A stretch of 64,000 nucleotides of DNA. Source: a phage. Of this stretch, positions 42,022 to 51,826 are shown piece after piece. Position 1 is the stretch's first letter. Each line of letters starts with the position of its first letter. The position numbers and the translations under genes are program-made. The notes beneath the pieces are model-generated. The model was not told where the DNA came from. It ran no database searches and saw only the letters and a list, made by a program, of their open reading frames with translations. The DNA is taken from NCBI GenBank assembly GCA_012628545.1, contig GCA_012628545.1_3035.1; one strand, given 5' to 3'.

Positions 42022-43341
42022 TCACACATAAAATACGTCATAACGACCACGGGTAACACCAACATAAAGAAGTTGTTGAGCCAATTCAGCATCTGCATAA
42101 TGAATACAAGGCGTATAAATGAAAGCACGGTCTACAGACATACCCTGAGCTTTATGGAATGTTGATGCAGGAAGTGCTTTCACTTTACTAAACTGTGATT
42201 TAGCATCCCAAAAATCACTCCACGGAGCTTTTCCGCCTTTGTTCCAATTTTTATAAGTTTCTGCCGTTTTACCTAAAAATAGGTTAAACTTATATAGCTC
42301 TTCATCAGATGAAATTATTTTAATCTTTTCACGATAATATTCATCATCGCCATAAGTTTCTACTGTTAAATCCCAATGACGAATTAAGTATTCTCCAGGA
42401 ACACCACGAGCTTTAACAAAGGTTGATGTATACTCTGCTTCTATAATACGAACTAATTGTCCATTATTAAAAATAATTTCTGACACAGGCTTTCCATCAA
42501 TTTTATATGTTTTAATTAATGGTTCCTGCATTACAATAATTTCACCGACAATAAAATCTTTATCAGTTTCAAAAATCTTTTTACGAATAATGCTATTTAA
42601 CTTGTCAACAGATTTATTCGTAAATGCCATTACGCGATTTTCAAACAAATCATCTAAAGATTTGACGATTGAAAAATAATTTACCATAAAATCGCGTAAA
42701 GCGGTATCACCAGTAAATCCACGTACTCCATGCCCGTCAACAACTTTATCATAAATCCACTTACCGTTACGAACGTCAGTAGCTACATCAATAATAGGAG
42801 CATTACTGCGTTTAACTTCAGTGAGTTCACACTGATAAAAATCTTTATGCGTAAAGAATGGACTGATATAAGCAGTATTTTCTCCTGGGTCAACAGGTCT
42901 AATTTGCTTATTATCACCTATTCCAATTATAGTACACCACGGCGGGATAGTTGAAAGCAGAATTTTAAATAGCTTTCTATCATACATTGACACTTCATCG
43001 CAGATTAATACTCTGCATTTAGCTAAATCTGGTACTTCCTTCTGCTCAAAGAGGACATTTTCTTCATATGTTACCGGGTTAATTTTGAGAATACTGTGAA
43101 TAGTACTCGCTTCTTTCCCTGATAGTTTTGAAAGAATCTTTTTAGCTGCATGAGTAGGAGCTGCTAAAATAATGCCAGTTTCGCCCGTAGATATTAAGGC
43201 TTCAATGATGAACTTAGTAAGAGTAGTCTTACCAGTACCAGCAGGTCCATTAATAGTTACATGATGTTTCTTTTCTTTAATAGCCCTCATAACAATGTTA
43301 AAGGCATTTTTCTGGCCTTCAGTCAAATCATCAAATGTCAT
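42022..43341 (-). CDS. dda: Dda DNA helicase (SF1B)
   Basis: 439 aa; Walker A GPAGTGKTT, Walker B LICDEVSM; length equals T4 Dda. Confidence 0.9.
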   Translation of the reverse strand: MTFDDLTEGQKNAFNIVMRAIKEKKHHVTINGPAGTGKTTLTKFIIEALISTGETGIILAAPTHAAKKILSKLSGKEASTIHSILKINPVTYEENVLFEQKEVPDLAKCRVLICDEVSMYDRKLFKILLSTIPPWCTIIGIGDNKQIRPVDPGENTAYISPFFTHKDFYQCELTEVKRSNAPIIDVATDVRNGKWIYDKVVDGHGVRGFTGDTALRDFMVNYFSIVKSLDDLFENRVMAFTNKSVDKLNSIIRKKIFETDKDFIVGEIIVMQEPLIKTYKIDGKPVSEIIFNNGQLVRIIEAEYTSTFVKARGVPGEYLIRHWDLTVETYGDDEYYREKIKIISSDEELYKFNLFLGKTAETYKNWNKGGKAPWSDFWDAKSQFSKVKALPASTFHKAQGMSVDRAFIYTPCIHYADAELAQQLLYVGVTRGRYDVFYV

Positions 43342-43649
43342 CGTAAATTCCCTGCAATTGGTATACTAACAATACGCCCAGTATCTAAAATTCGCCGATA
43401 TAATCTTTGTGTGTCTACATCAGGCTTAACATGTTTAACTTCTATTTTATTAAACCAAAACTTGCGTGGAGTCTCAACTAATCTTGGAATTCCCTTACCT
43501 AAAGCTAATCGATACTGCTCTTTAAGAGTAGTAAATACTTTATCAGCAATATTCCATTCAAAAAATACAGCAGGACGATGTTCATCAAGCGGAACTGGCG
43601 CCGTAAATCCGTCTTTGTCTCGGTAAACTATCGCATATACATAAACCAT
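43338..43649 (-). CDS. hypothetical protein, 103 aa
   Basis: ORF overlapping dda start (dda.1 position). Confidence 0.4.
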   Translation of the reverse strand: MVYVYAIVYRDKDGFTAPVPLDEHRPAVFFEWNIADKVFTTLKEQYRLALGKGIPRLVETPRKFWFNKIEVKHVKPDVDTQRLYRRILDTGRIVSIPIAGNLR

Positions 43650-43650
43650 A

Positions 43651-44397
43651 TTATCCTCGGATAAGTTTAAAAATTGAACAATTTAGCGGGTATCCTCTTT
43701 TCAGTTTAAGTTTATCAATAAAAGACAAGTTTTGATACCGCTTTACACCTTGAATAATTTTATCACACATATCATATTGCATTTCTGCTTCTGACAACTT
43801 TTTCACAATTTTCCAATCCGAGCCTTTAAGAAGAACGTTCAGTTTAACAACTTCAGCGCCTTCTGCTATGCGAGAACCATCAATACGAGCTTTAAGTGCT
43901 ATAATCGTTAGCTTAACGTCAGAAGTTTGTTTTGATTTAGAAAGCTGAGAAATGTGTTCAATTCGATTTTCACGTTTTTTCTGTATAGCTTTAATTTGAT
44001 TATAAGTCTTTTTGATTTTAGCCCATTTCTTTTCATCTAAATTTAGTTTATGAACTTTTTTCGCAGATGAACGACCAATTCGCAAAGCAAATAAATCACG
44101 CTTTTCAATCAACTCTTCTAAAGTATAATCAGAACGAAATGTATTATACTTTTTCTTTACTGCAATAACATTCCCTTTAATGTATCCAACGTTATTATCA
44201 AAACGTTCTAATGATAATTTCTCTCCTTCAATACGATTATCAAAAGGTTCTCCCGAGTAAGCGCAAACTTTCTGATCTAAAATGTTCTTAATGTAATTGA
44301 AGTCTAAGTTAAAATCTTTAGAACGTCTTTTAGCAGATGCCTGAGTGTGCTCTAAACGACGTTTAATTTTACGAATTTGATTATTAGACAGTTTCAT
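43651..44397 (-). CDS. hypothetical basic protein, 248 aa (Srd position)
   Basis: Lys/Arg-rich; segment CAYSGEPFDNR...LSLERFDNNVGYIKGNV is HNH-like; located between dda.1 and modA where T4 has srd. Confidence 0.4.
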   Translation of the reverse strand: MKLSNNQIRKIKRRLEHTQASAKRRSKDFNLDFNYIKNILDQKVCAYSGEPFDNRIEGEKLSLERFDNNVGYIKGNVIAVKKKYNTFRSDYTLEELIEKRDLFALRIGRSSAKKVHKLNLDEKKWAKIKKTYNQIKAIQKKRENRIEHISQLSKSKQTSDVKLTIIALKARIDGSRIAEGAEVVKLNVLLKGSDWKIVKKLSEAEMQYDMCDKIIQGVKRYQNLSFIDKLKLKRGYPLNCSIFKLIRG

Positions 44398-44431
44398 ATT
44401 TTTCTCACATCTTACGGACGATTTAATACTT

Positions 44432-44461
44432 ACTATAACATTTTTACCTTAACTTGTAAAC
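44432..44461 (-). promoter_or_regulatory. early promoter
   Basis: GTTTAC-N18-TATAGT on minus strand upstream of 43651..44397. Confidence 0.5.
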
Positions 44462-44517
44462 AACTTTATGTAAAATGCTTTAAAAATTTCATGGTATAAT
44501 GAATCTAAGTCCTTCCA

Positions 44518-45120
44518 TTATAGATTAAATCCTTCAAAATCAAGAGTATAGATAGTGTATGTTGAATACTTTTTATACTCATATCTATCTGCAATTCTAA
44601 ATACACTTCCAGCTGGTATCATTACTTCTTGTTCATCTGAAACTAATTCCATATTACGATAGCGATGGCTATCCGGAAACTTAAAGTTTGGATTATATTC
44701 TTTGCAGCGTAGAGCTTTTATAGCATACTCCTGGAAATTGAATACCATAGGAGCTTTGAATTCAAAAATAACTTGTGTGTTATACTCTAAACCGGAAGCA
44801 AAATGTAGAGCTATATTTTTATCATATGAAGCTGATACGACTTTATCAAATGTAATAATATCAATTCCTTGATTTAATACTTGCTTAGTCTCAGCTGGAA
44901 CACCTCTCCAAAGAGGTTTATCGTTTGGAACCAAACGAGATTTGATTATTTCATTTAACCAAGTATGGTCATCTGGCTTATTAGTAATACAATGAATTAA
45001 AAGTTCAATTTCAGATAAATTAAACCCTTCAGAAAGTAATTCTTCACGAATAGAAGCACGCACCGATGCATCCATTGATTTTATTTTAAAATCTTTTAGT
45101 TGCATTATTGAGTATTTCAT
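44518..45120 (-). CDS. modA: ModA ADP-ribosyltransferase
   Basis: 200 aa, adjacent to a 207-aa paralogue; lengths and order match T4 modA/modB. Confidence 0.7.
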   Translation of the reverse strand: MKYSIMQLKDFKIKSMDASVRASIREELLSEGFNLSEIELLIHCITNKPDDHTWLNEIIKSRLVPNDKPLWRGVPAETKQVLNQGIDIITFDKVVSASYDKNIALHFASGLEYNTQVIFEFKAPMVFNFQEYAIKALRCKEYNPNFKFPDSHRYRNMELVSDEQEVMIPAGSVFRIADRYEYKKYSTYTIYTLDFEGFNL

Positions 45121-45740
45121 TCAACTACCTCAATATCATAAACTTTAAATGTTCCAAATGAATCGTGTAATTTTTCTTTTGAAATAGAAGTTATTCTATA
45201 CTTTCCAATTGGAATCATCCATTCTTGTTCATGCACAATCATCATTAAGTTATCAGTACGCTCTGAATCTAACCCATCAGTATCTTCATATGTATACTTA
45301 AACTCAGTATTAGGAGAAGAAAGTATAATATCGCTGATATGGTCAGAGTAATTAAAAGCTTTATCAGTTTTTAAACGAAGTATTGTTTCAGTGAAATATT
45401 CAGCATAAGAAAAAGAACACGCTGTATGCAAACTAGTAGTAAATGAATCTACCCTGTTCGTTGAAAACACTTCTCCAACTTGCAAATCTTTAATAAGTTC
45501 TTTTGTCGATTTTGATATACCACGATATAATTGATAAGGCGATTTAGTTAAATGCTTTTTAATGATTTTATTCAACTGTCTGTGAAGAGCTTCATTCTTT
45601 TTTGCTTCCATACATTGCCAAAGAACAGACTGCTCAAAATCAGTAAATTTTTCACAGACCTTTTTATACATATCATATTGAAAATCAACGCTTTCAGCTT
45701 TTATAGATAACTGTTCAACATCTGCAGGATTAATAATCAT
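45117..45740 (-). CDS. modB: ModB ADP-ribosyltransferase
   Basis: 207 aa; ATGA overlap with modA; promoter-like element upstream (45767..45796). Confidence 0.7.
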   Translation of the reverse strand: MIINPADVEQLSIKAESVDFQYDMYKKVCEKFTDFEQSVLWQCMEAKKNEALHRQLNKIIKKHLTKSPYQLYRGISKSTKELIKDLQVGEVFSTNRVDSFTTSLHTACSFSYAEYFTETILRLKTDKAFNYSDHISDIILSSPNTEFKYTYEDTDGLDSERTDNLMMIVHEQEWMIPIGKYRITSISKEKLHDSFGTFKVYDIEVVE

Positions 45741-45766
45741 GATAGCCTCCGTATACTTCAGAAGCT

Positions 45767-45796
45767 ATCATATCATCGTTAGAAAGGAAAGTAAAC
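45767..45796 (-). promoter_or_regulatory. early promoter upstream of modB
   Basis: GTTTAC-N18-TATGAT on minus strand. Confidence 0.5.
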
Positions 45797-45807
45797 AACT
45801 TTTTGAA

Positions 45808-45990
45808 TTATTTTGCCCAGGGAGCCCAAGGCGGAGGGTCAAGATGGTATGAAGCTAGTTCTTCTAGAAGAGCATCTGGGGCTTCAATTCCATAATTCTG
45901 TAATACTATACGGTACTCTTTCTTATAATCACTAGAATCATTCTGGATATTCGTAGAATGATTATCTTCTAACATCTCAAATAAATCCAT
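45808..45990 (-). CDS. hypothetical protein, 60 aa
   Basis: ORF track; modB-to-soc cluster. Confidence 0.35.
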   Translation of the reverse strand: MDLFEMLEDNHSTNIQNDSSDYKKEYRIVLQNYGIEAPDALLEELASYHLDPPPWAPWAK

Positions 45991-45998
45991 ATTAATTC

Positions 45999-46469
45999 CT
46001 AGCGATAAAAACCAAAGTGACGATTAGCTTCAACAATCTTTCTTTCTTCTTCAGACATTCTCCAGCGTAGTCCAACATCAAAATGAGCCCAGACCATCCT
46101 AACAAATGCATTTATATCTTTAATATCTTCAATAATGAATGTTTTACTTTTAGAAGGTTGACTCGCTAATTTAACTTTATCGTCTTCAAACATGTCAAAA
46201 AGACCATATTCATGAGCTCTTTTATAGCCTTTAATAGTTAAAGCTTCAGAAGAAGAAAATGGTGAATCTGTATTCTGCAAAATATCTTCAGTATGCTTTA
46301 TAATTAGAATAACATTTTCTGGATATTTTCTTTCTTTTATATCTTTAATTAAAATGTCCGGATTTTCTGCTAAAGGAATAATTAATGAGCACTTTTTATC
46401 AAGTGTATTTACTGATTTACCTTCTTTAGACATAAATTCTATTGAATATAATTTTGCTACTTCAATCAT
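45999..46469 (-). CDS. hypothetical protein, 156 aa
   Basis: ORF track; modB-to-soc cluster. Confidence 0.4.
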   Translation of the reverse strand: MIEVAKLYSIEFMSKEGKSVNTLDKKCSLIIPLAENPDILIKDIKERKYPENVILIIKHTEDILQNTDSPFSSSEALTIKGYKRAHEYGLFDMFEDDKVKLASQPSKSKTFIIEDIKDINAFVRMVWAHFDVGLRWRMSEEERKIVEANRHFGFYR

Positions 46470-46622
46470 GTGATTTCCTTTTGCCTACTAATGGACCGTC
46501 AGGAATTTTGTTTTCCTGAATGTATTTCTCATTTTCTTCCATCATTTTACTACCGATTTTAAGAAGCAAATCCAATGCTTCATTTGCTTTAGCCTTTGCC
46601 TCTTCTAACGTCATATCTTTGG

Positions 46623-46826
46623 TCATGATTTATCACCATAGATGTCTCTCATCAATTTAAGCGCTGAGCGTTCTAATTTCTTTTCTTTCTCAGCACTAAT
46701 CATTGATTTCATCCATTCTTCTGACTCGTTCTGTATTTCTTTATTTGCCTGTTCAACCCAACCATCATCAATATACATTGAGTTTGGTCTATTGAACCAT
46801 TCAAGCATTTTCTTCAGAACTTTCAT
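46623..46826 (-). CDS. hypothetical protein, 67 aa
   Basis: ORF track. Confidence 0.35.
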   Translation of the reverse strand: MKVLKKMLEWFNRPNSMYIDDGWVEQANKEIQNESEEWMKSMISAEKEKKLERSALKLMRDIYGDKS

Positions 46827-47298
46827 TTGTTTTACCTAAAACGATAGTATGGACACCGTCAAATTCATGAATTTTTAGCAAATTTGGATTTAAATTATTC
46901 CATAAAGAGATAATAAAATATGATAGCGCACTTTCGTCCGTAATTATAAATTTATTTCCCTTATCAATTTTCCAGTCATATATTGAATCATATGAATAGA
47001 AGGATAACGGTTTATTATTATAGTATGCTTCAGCAACATCAATATAGTTAGATTTAGTAAATGCTTGAATTGCCATAAATGGAGAATTTTGTACAGTTTC
47101 AATAATTCCGATCTTTTTAAGTTTTATTTCAACATCTTCTGGAACTGGCATTGAAATAAAATCTTCTACTAGATACATGTCATTGTCATATCTTTTATCA
47201 ATCATTACTGCTACTGTAATTGGAACATCCTTGACAAACGCCATACTAATACTATTGATAGACATTTCAAACAAAATCGCTTCCATAATTTTCCTCAA
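46801..47298 (-). CDS. hypothetical protein, 165 aa
   Basis: ORF track. Confidence 0.4.
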   Translation of the reverse strand: MRKIMEAILFEMSINSISMAFVKDVPITVAVMIDKRYDNDMYLVEDFISMPVPEDVEIKLKKIGIIETVQNSPFMAIQAFTKSNYIDVAEAYYNNKPLSFYSYDSIYDWKIDKGNKFIITDESALSYFIISLWNNLNPNLLKIHEFDGVHTIVLGKTNESSEENA

Positions 47299-47636
47299 TC
47301 ACAAGATGTAGATGAACAACTAGAATCACAAGAACTTCCACATGAATCGCCCGTCCATACATGAACAGGAACATTGGTGTCATATGAATCAGAACTAGAC
47401 TGTGCATTCTGTGCATTAGATGATGTAGTAGGTACTGACCAGCGCCAAGGATTTTTATAATATTCTTGGGCTTCTTCATAAGTCATAGTAACTGCTTCTA
47501 CTGTTCCATCTCCCATATAAACATATTCAACTACAGTTAAAGGAAGGTAGTCATTTGAAATAGGAACTACACCTTCCCCGGGAGTCGTAGAGAAAAAATC
47601 CGTAAAGAAACTTTTAAACCAATTAAAGATAAACAT
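47295..47636 (-). CDS. hypothetical protein, 113 aa, with Cys/Ser-rich C-terminal tail
   Basis: C-terminus [20 protein letters not shown]. Confidence 0.4.
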   Translation of the reverse strand: MFIFNWFKSFFTDFFSTTPGEGVVPISNDYLPLTVVEYVYMGDGTVEAVTMTYEEAQEYYKNPWRWSVPTTSSNAQNAQSSSDSYDTNVPVHVWTGDSCGSSCDSSCSSTSCD

Positions 47637-47842
47637 TACAAAAAGCCTCTTTTGAATTCGACTTGCTTCTCACCATAATCATACCTAATCTCTGCATTAA
47701 ATTCAACAGAACCATCTGCGTACATCATAAATGAATGCACAACAACTTCTGTAGACCATGGCTGTAGTTCATATTTCTTCATTACATGTCGTGAAATGAT
47801 AATATCTAAATCTTCATTTGGTTTAATCCAACGATTTAACAT
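47636..47842 (-). CDS. hypothetical protein, 68 aa
   Basis: ORF downstream of early promoter 47869..47898. Confidence 0.4.
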   Translation of the reverse strand: MLNRWIKPNEDLDIIISRHVMKKYELQPWSTEVVVHSFMMYADGSVEFNAEIRYDYGEKQVEFKRGFL

Positions 47843-47868
47843 AGTGCTCTCCTCTATAAGATAATTCT

Positions 47869-47898
47869 ATTATACCATACTCATTTTGATATGTAAAC
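47869..47898 (-). promoter_or_regulatory. early promoter
   Basis: GTTTAC-N18-TATAAT on minus strand. Confidence 0.55.
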
Positions 47899-47912
47899 CG
47901 GTAAAATGAAAA

Positions 47913-47934
47913 AAGGAACCCCGAAGGATTCCTT
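47913..47934 (-). terminator. intrinsic terminator downstream of soc
   Basis: AAGGAATCC-TTCGGGG-TTCCTT hairpin followed on the minus strand by TTTTTCATTTT. Confidence 0.6.
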
Positions 47935-47939
47935 AAATT

Positions 47940-48197
47940 TTAACCACCAATACCTGGAGTTGGCGTAACAGTCCAAAGACCTTCATTAGCAGTGATCCAT
48001 TCAGTACGCTGATTTTCTTCATATACTGTAGAATATGCTGCTTTTTCAGAAGGGAATGTCTGATAATGAGCACCAGAAATTTTGTGAACATCAGAATAAA
48101 GAGGGAAAGCTACAGAAATTTCTTTACCCTGAATTGTACCACCATCAACTGCTTGGTCAAATGTTTTGATATTAACATAACCGCGAGTACTAGCCAT
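47940..48197 (-). CDS. soc: small outer capsid protein Soc
   Basis: MASTRGYVNIKTF...GKEISVAFPLYSDVHKISGAHYQTFPSEKAAYSTVYEENQRTEWI; late promoter upstream, strong terminator downstream. Confidence 0.85.
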   Translation of the reverse strand: MASTRGYVNIKTFDQAVDGGTIQGKEISVAFPLYSDVHKISGAHYQTFPSEKAAYSTVYEENQRTEWITANEGLWTVTPTPGIGG

Positions 48198-48213
48198 GTA
48201 ATTCTCCTTTTAT

Positions 48214-48423
48214 TTAAATTACATGATTATTTATAATAAATTCTCGCGGAACGTTAAAATACCCGATTTTAGTTAATATAACAACATCACCGTTAATAAT
48301 TACCGGAGAATAATCTTCTGGAGCATTAAATTTCCAATGGGCTCTAATATTATATCCATCAGAACCAAATGCTCGACTAGCCGGTCTCCCGGCTTTTTGC
48401 CATACATAAAAATCAAATTTCAT
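48214..48423 (-). CDS. hypothetical protein, 69 aa
   Basis: ORF between 56 and soc (where T4 carries segF the spacer here holds only small ORFs). Confidence 0.4.
   Translation of the reverse strand: MKFDFYVWQKAGRPASRAFGSDGYNIRAHWKFNAPEDYSPVIINGDVVILTKIGYFNVPREFIINNHVI
48229..48236 (-). promoter_or_regulatory. late promoter (TATAAATA on minus strand) for soc
   Basis: Reverse complement TATAAATA about 30 nt upstream of soc ATG. Confidence 0.7.
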
Positions 48424-48618
48424 TTTGAATGCTCTATAATTAATTTTAAAGCTTCTTCACTGACAAAATTTCGTCAGGACCTTCTTCTATAACCCAATCA
48501 ACCATACGAAGTTGATTAGTTAAGAGCTCACATACGAGCTCCTTGTTATAATCTTTAAATAGCTGGTCAATACGTTTCTTATGGGCTTTCTTAAGCTGAC
48601 GCTTATTTAAACGAGCCA

Positions 48619-49137
48619 TTAATAACCTCGGTCTTGACGAGCGAAGTTTTCAGCATTTTTCAGGTAATAAAGTTTAAAGATTTCTTCAGCTGACATTCCA
48701 AGAGCAATAAATTTATTCATGAAAAAATGAAATTGGTCAATAAGTTCAAATTTAATTTCAAGCTGATCTTCGGGAGATAAATCTTGAATTTTCTTGGATT
48801 GCATTTCAGAATAACGTTTCTTCCAAGGTTTCCATACAGCAGAAGCTTCTTTTTCGCCATTACTCATACCACCGAGAGAAGTATATAGCTCGCGAGTTTC
48901 GTCTGCGATATAATCGTCTTGGTTTCGCAGCCAAGCAAGAACTTCTCCTGCAGTTTCAAGTGAATCAGGATGACGATTTGTTTCTGGTTTATCATTAGCC
49001 AAACGAATCTGTAAATGCCGCTGCATGTCAAGCATAACCTGCAGTGGGTCAATATTGTGCATAATATTCTCAGCATATGCACGATTTGCTTTATCAACAC
49101 CTTCGATCAAATGAGCGCATTCATTAAAGTAAGCCAT
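48619..49137 (-). CDS. 56: dCTP pyrophosphatase gp56 (MazG-like)
   Basis: MAYFNECAHLIEGVDKANRAYAENIMHNIDP...; start at internal Met (172 aa); middle promoter upstream. Confidence 0.8.
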   Translation of the reverse strand: MAYFNECAHLIEGVDKANRAYAENIMHNIDPLQVMLDMQRHLQIRLANDKPETNRHPDSLETAGEVLAWLRNQDDYIADETRELYTSLGGMSNGEKEASAVWKPWKKRYSEMQSKKIQDLSPEDQLEIKFELIDQFHFFMNKFIALGMSAEEIFKLYYLKNAENFARQDRGY

Positions 49138-49171
49138 TATTTTTCCTTTCAATTCATGGGTTAGTAGATTA

Positions 49172-49197
49172 ATTATACAATAAATATATAAAGCAAT
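49172..49197 (-). promoter_or_regulatory. putative MotA-dependent middle promoter for gene 56
   Basis: Minus strand ATTGCTTTA (MotA-box-like) then 11 nt then TATAAT. Confidence 0.5.
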
Positions 49198-49208
49198 AAG
49201 GATGACAT

Positions 49209-49409
49209 ATGGTACAAAAATTAATGGCACTTGTTAATGCCATAAAAGGTAATAAAAAACGTATAGCTTTTACTATTTCTGCTATGGTAGGAATTTTACT
49301 CTGGAACTTTATTCTATCACCTGTTGCAATTGCACATGGTATTAATATTCCAGTAGTTACTCTTGATACATTTGTAGATTTAGCATTTGCTTTAGTTGGG
49401 TTAATTTAA
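49209..49409 (+). CDS. possible small membrane protein, 66 aa (opposite strand to neighbours)
   Basis: AAGGA 7 nt upstream of ATG; two hydrophobic helices; stop codon interlocks with gene 61 stop; could be fortuitous. Confidence 0.25.
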   Translation: MVQKLMALVNAIKGNKKRIAFTISAMVGILLWNFILSPVAIAHGINIPVVTLDTFVDLAFALVGLI

Positions 49410-50434
49410 ATCTTAGCATATTTAGATAACCGCATTTTAGCCATTAACCCCTGGGCAATATTATTTTTCATATATTCCATAATTTGTTCAGGGGTTGCAC
49501 CTTCCTTTCTAATCATATCATTGACGTCTTTTGATTTCCAGGGAGATTTATCCCAAAACATAACCCTTTCTCCTGCATCAACTAATTTAGTCATTCGTTT
49601 GATAGTGTCAGGGTGACGAGGTTCATTATCTAAGACCCACACTCGTCTATCTTTAAATGGAACAACTTCTAGGTCTAATTGACCGCCCGTAATAGCTATA
49701 CCATTTTCAATAAAAAGTGAATCTATAGGTCCTTCTAGAACATATACATCGCCATCTTTAACTCGTTCGACTCCATATATTTTTGTTGCCTCAGGATAAG
49801 CTTTAATGGTGATATATTTTTGAGGAGCATCTTTCTTTAATGCACGTCCTTGAAAAGACTCAGCTTTTCCATTAGCATTATAAATTGGAATAACAAGACG
49901 AGGCTCAGAAATTTCCTTTTTGTATGTTCCCGGTGCTATGCTATTAACTAATTTAGGCCATTCAGTTGTAAACCAAAGATATTTCCATTTATCCTTTGGA
50001 ATACAACGAGCTTTTACATATTTTATAATTGCATGGTCTTCCGCCAGTTTATCTAATCTAACACATGACGGAAGAGATTTAATTATTTTCTTCTCAGGTT
50101 GTTTAGGAAGTTCTTTAGGTTTTTCTACTGGACGACTTTTACCTCTTTCTTTTCTTATTTCAAAGATATACTCACGATATAAATCAGGTTCAAACTCCTT
50201 TAAATATATTCCGATTGGTGCATGATAGTTACAGTTATAACAATGAATATTTCCTTCATTATTATCACCATAATACCATCCACGAGCTTTATTCTGATCG
50301 GTTTTTGAATCTCCACAAACAGGACATCTAAACCGTAATTTAAAAGTTGAACTATTATTTACTTGTGTGAATTTAGGTAAATGAGCTAATGCACGGTATG
50401 CAAACTCATTATCAATCCAAGGTATTGATGACAT
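49406..50434 (-). CDS. 61: DNA primase gp61
   Basis: 342 aa; zinc ribbon CPVCGDS...CYNC and TOPRIM-type region; length equals T4 gp61. Confidence 0.9.
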   Translation of the reverse strand: MSSIPWIDNEFAYRALAHLPKFTQVNNSSTFKLRFRCPVCGDSKTDQNKARGWYYGDNNEGNIHCYNCNYHAPIGIYLKEFEPDLYREYIFEIRKERGKSRPVEKPKELPKQPEKKIIKSLPSCVRLDKLAEDHAIIKYVKARCIPKDKWKYLWFTTEWPKLVNSIAPGTYKKEISEPRLVIPIYNANGKAESFQGRALKKDAPQKYITIKAYPEATKIYGVERVKDGDVYVLEGPIDSLFIENGIAITGGQLDLEVVPFKDRRVWVLDNEPRHPDTIKRMTKLVDAGERVMFWDKSPWKSKDVNDMIRKEGATPEQIMEYMKNNIAQGLMAKMRLSKYAKI

Positions 50435-50602
50435 TTTTACTCTTCTTTTTCTTTAGATTCCTCTTTTTTCTTTTTAGGAATCTGTTCAGGGCCTTTATTT
50501 ACTACAGCGCCCGACGTTGTTCCAGTAGAGATATTTTCAGGATTACCACCTGAATCTCCAGCTACCATATCTTCTTTAATAAATTCTTTATATGTTTTCA
50601 TA

Positions 50603-50959
50603 TTAACCTTTATTCATAAAAGCATTAAAAATTTGGTCATCAATAGAAGGTGCAGCAATATTTTCTGCATCATTTAGCAAATCATTAATTTCATCAGATA
50701 GCATAACACATGTACCTTTATTTCCCGTAATTGTTACTGCGCAATTACGAACGTTTTCTTTATTAAATTTTAGGTTAATATTTTCGTAATGAAAATCCTT
50801 TAATGCTGAATATATTTTTAAAATAAAATTGTCTTTTACTACAATAAACCCAACCTCACTATTAAAACGTGGTTCATGGAAACTGTAATAAACCTTTTCA
50901 TCTATAAAATCGTATGAAATTTTTTCCATTTTTAAATATGAAAATTCAGAACTATACAT
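50603..50959 (-). CDS. hypothetical protein, 118 aa
   Basis: ORF in 61-to-41 spacer. Confidence 0.4.
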   Translation of the reverse strand: MYSSEFSYLKMEKISYDFIDEKVYYSFHEPRFNSEVGFIVVKDNFILKIYSALKDFHYENINLKFNKENVRNCAVTITGNKGTCVMLSDEINDLLNDAENIAAPSIDDQIFNAFMNKG

Positions 50960-50971
50960 ATTAACCTCTAA

Positions 50972-51265
50972 TTACTCACCTACCACTTCAGCGATGATAT
51001 TTTTGTTATTAAAGTTTTTATCGCAATACAGAACATAATTATACTGCATTACACCACCAGACTTAAGTTGTTTTTGCACTTCAGCTTTCATTTCAGGACG
51101 ATCGCGCTCAACGATATTCATAATATCCGCTTCAATTTGAGTTTCAACTTCAGTCTGATCTGCAGTCATAGACCATTCACACAAATCTTTATCATATCCT
51201 GCCATAGCAGGCTGAGCAGCACAAGAAGCCAAAGTAAAAATTGTAGCAAAAATAAATTTTTTCAT
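50972..51265 (-). CDS. sp: secreted periplasmic protein, 97 aa (Spackle-like)
   Basis: Cleavable signal peptide MKKFIFATIFTLASCAAQPAMA; size and position match T4 Sp; assignment positional. Confidence 0.55.
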   Translation of the reverse strand: MKKFIFATIFTLASCAAQPAMAGYDKDLCEWSMTADQTEVETQIEADIMNIVERDRPEMKAEVQKQLKSGGVMQYNYVLYCDKNFNNKNIIAEVVGE

Positions 51266-51325
51266 GATAATCTCCTCAGTAGTTTATGTTTATATAGTAT
51301 CTCAATTTCCAACAAAAGTAAACAG

Positions 51326-51625
51326 CTATTTTAAAACTTCTGCGTAATCACATGTTACAAACTGTTTCTCTAGCTTAACGATCTTACGAAAATACCTTTT
51401 ATACTGACGAATCTGTCGCTTCGTAGGACGTACAGCAAACTTAATAAATTCCACTCGACCAAATGGAGGACTTTCTTCTGCTGGAATATCTAACACCAAT
51501 TCCCACGTATCTGCAATAAGTGCTTTGAATTGAGTATTTTTCCTGACGTTATACGGAGTAGGTTTAAATAAAACAATATGCATATTATCCTCGGCAATCC
51601 ACTTCACATACTTTCTTGTCATCAA
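51326..51625 (-). CDS. hypothetical protein, 99 aa
   Basis: ORF in 61-to-41 spacer. Confidence 0.4.
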   Translation of the reverse strand: MMTRKYVKWIAEDNMHIVLFKPTPYNVRKNTQFKALIADTWELVLDIPAEESPPFGRVEFIKFAVRPTKRQIRQYKRYFRKIVKLEKQFVTCDYAEVLK

Positions 51626-51767
51626 TGAAAGCTTTAACTAATGCTTTATTAACTTCAGCATATTGAGTAGTAGCCCATTGAACGTCATCTTTCATCATTG
51701 TGATTTCTTTAGTAAACATGCTTTCATTCTTAAACCACCCCATAAAAACTACCTTTACCAATTCCAT
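51585..51767 (-). CDS. dmd: Dmd-like antitoxin (60 aa)
   Basis: 60 aa ORF immediately downstream of gene 41, the size and position of T4 Dmd; sequence identity not verified. Confidence 0.5.
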   Translation of the reverse strand: MELVKVVFMGWFKNESMFTKEITMMKDDVQWATTQYAEVNKALVKAFIDDKKVCEVDCRG

Positions 51768-51796
51768 AACAATCTCCTCATTTAACCAACAAGACT

Positions 51797-51826
51797 ACTA
51801 TACCATAGTCTTGTCAGCTTGTAAAC
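51797..51826 (-). promoter_or_regulatory. early promoter upstream of dmd
   Basis: GTTTAC-N18-TATAGT on minus strand, abutting gene 41 stop. Confidence 0.5.

Noticed and set aside
49138-49230. N-terminal hydrophobic extension of gene 56 (track ORF of 203 aa)
   Set aside because: The extension is translation of the promoter/leader region; the conserved dCTPase sequence starts at MAYFNECAHL with a proper RBS.
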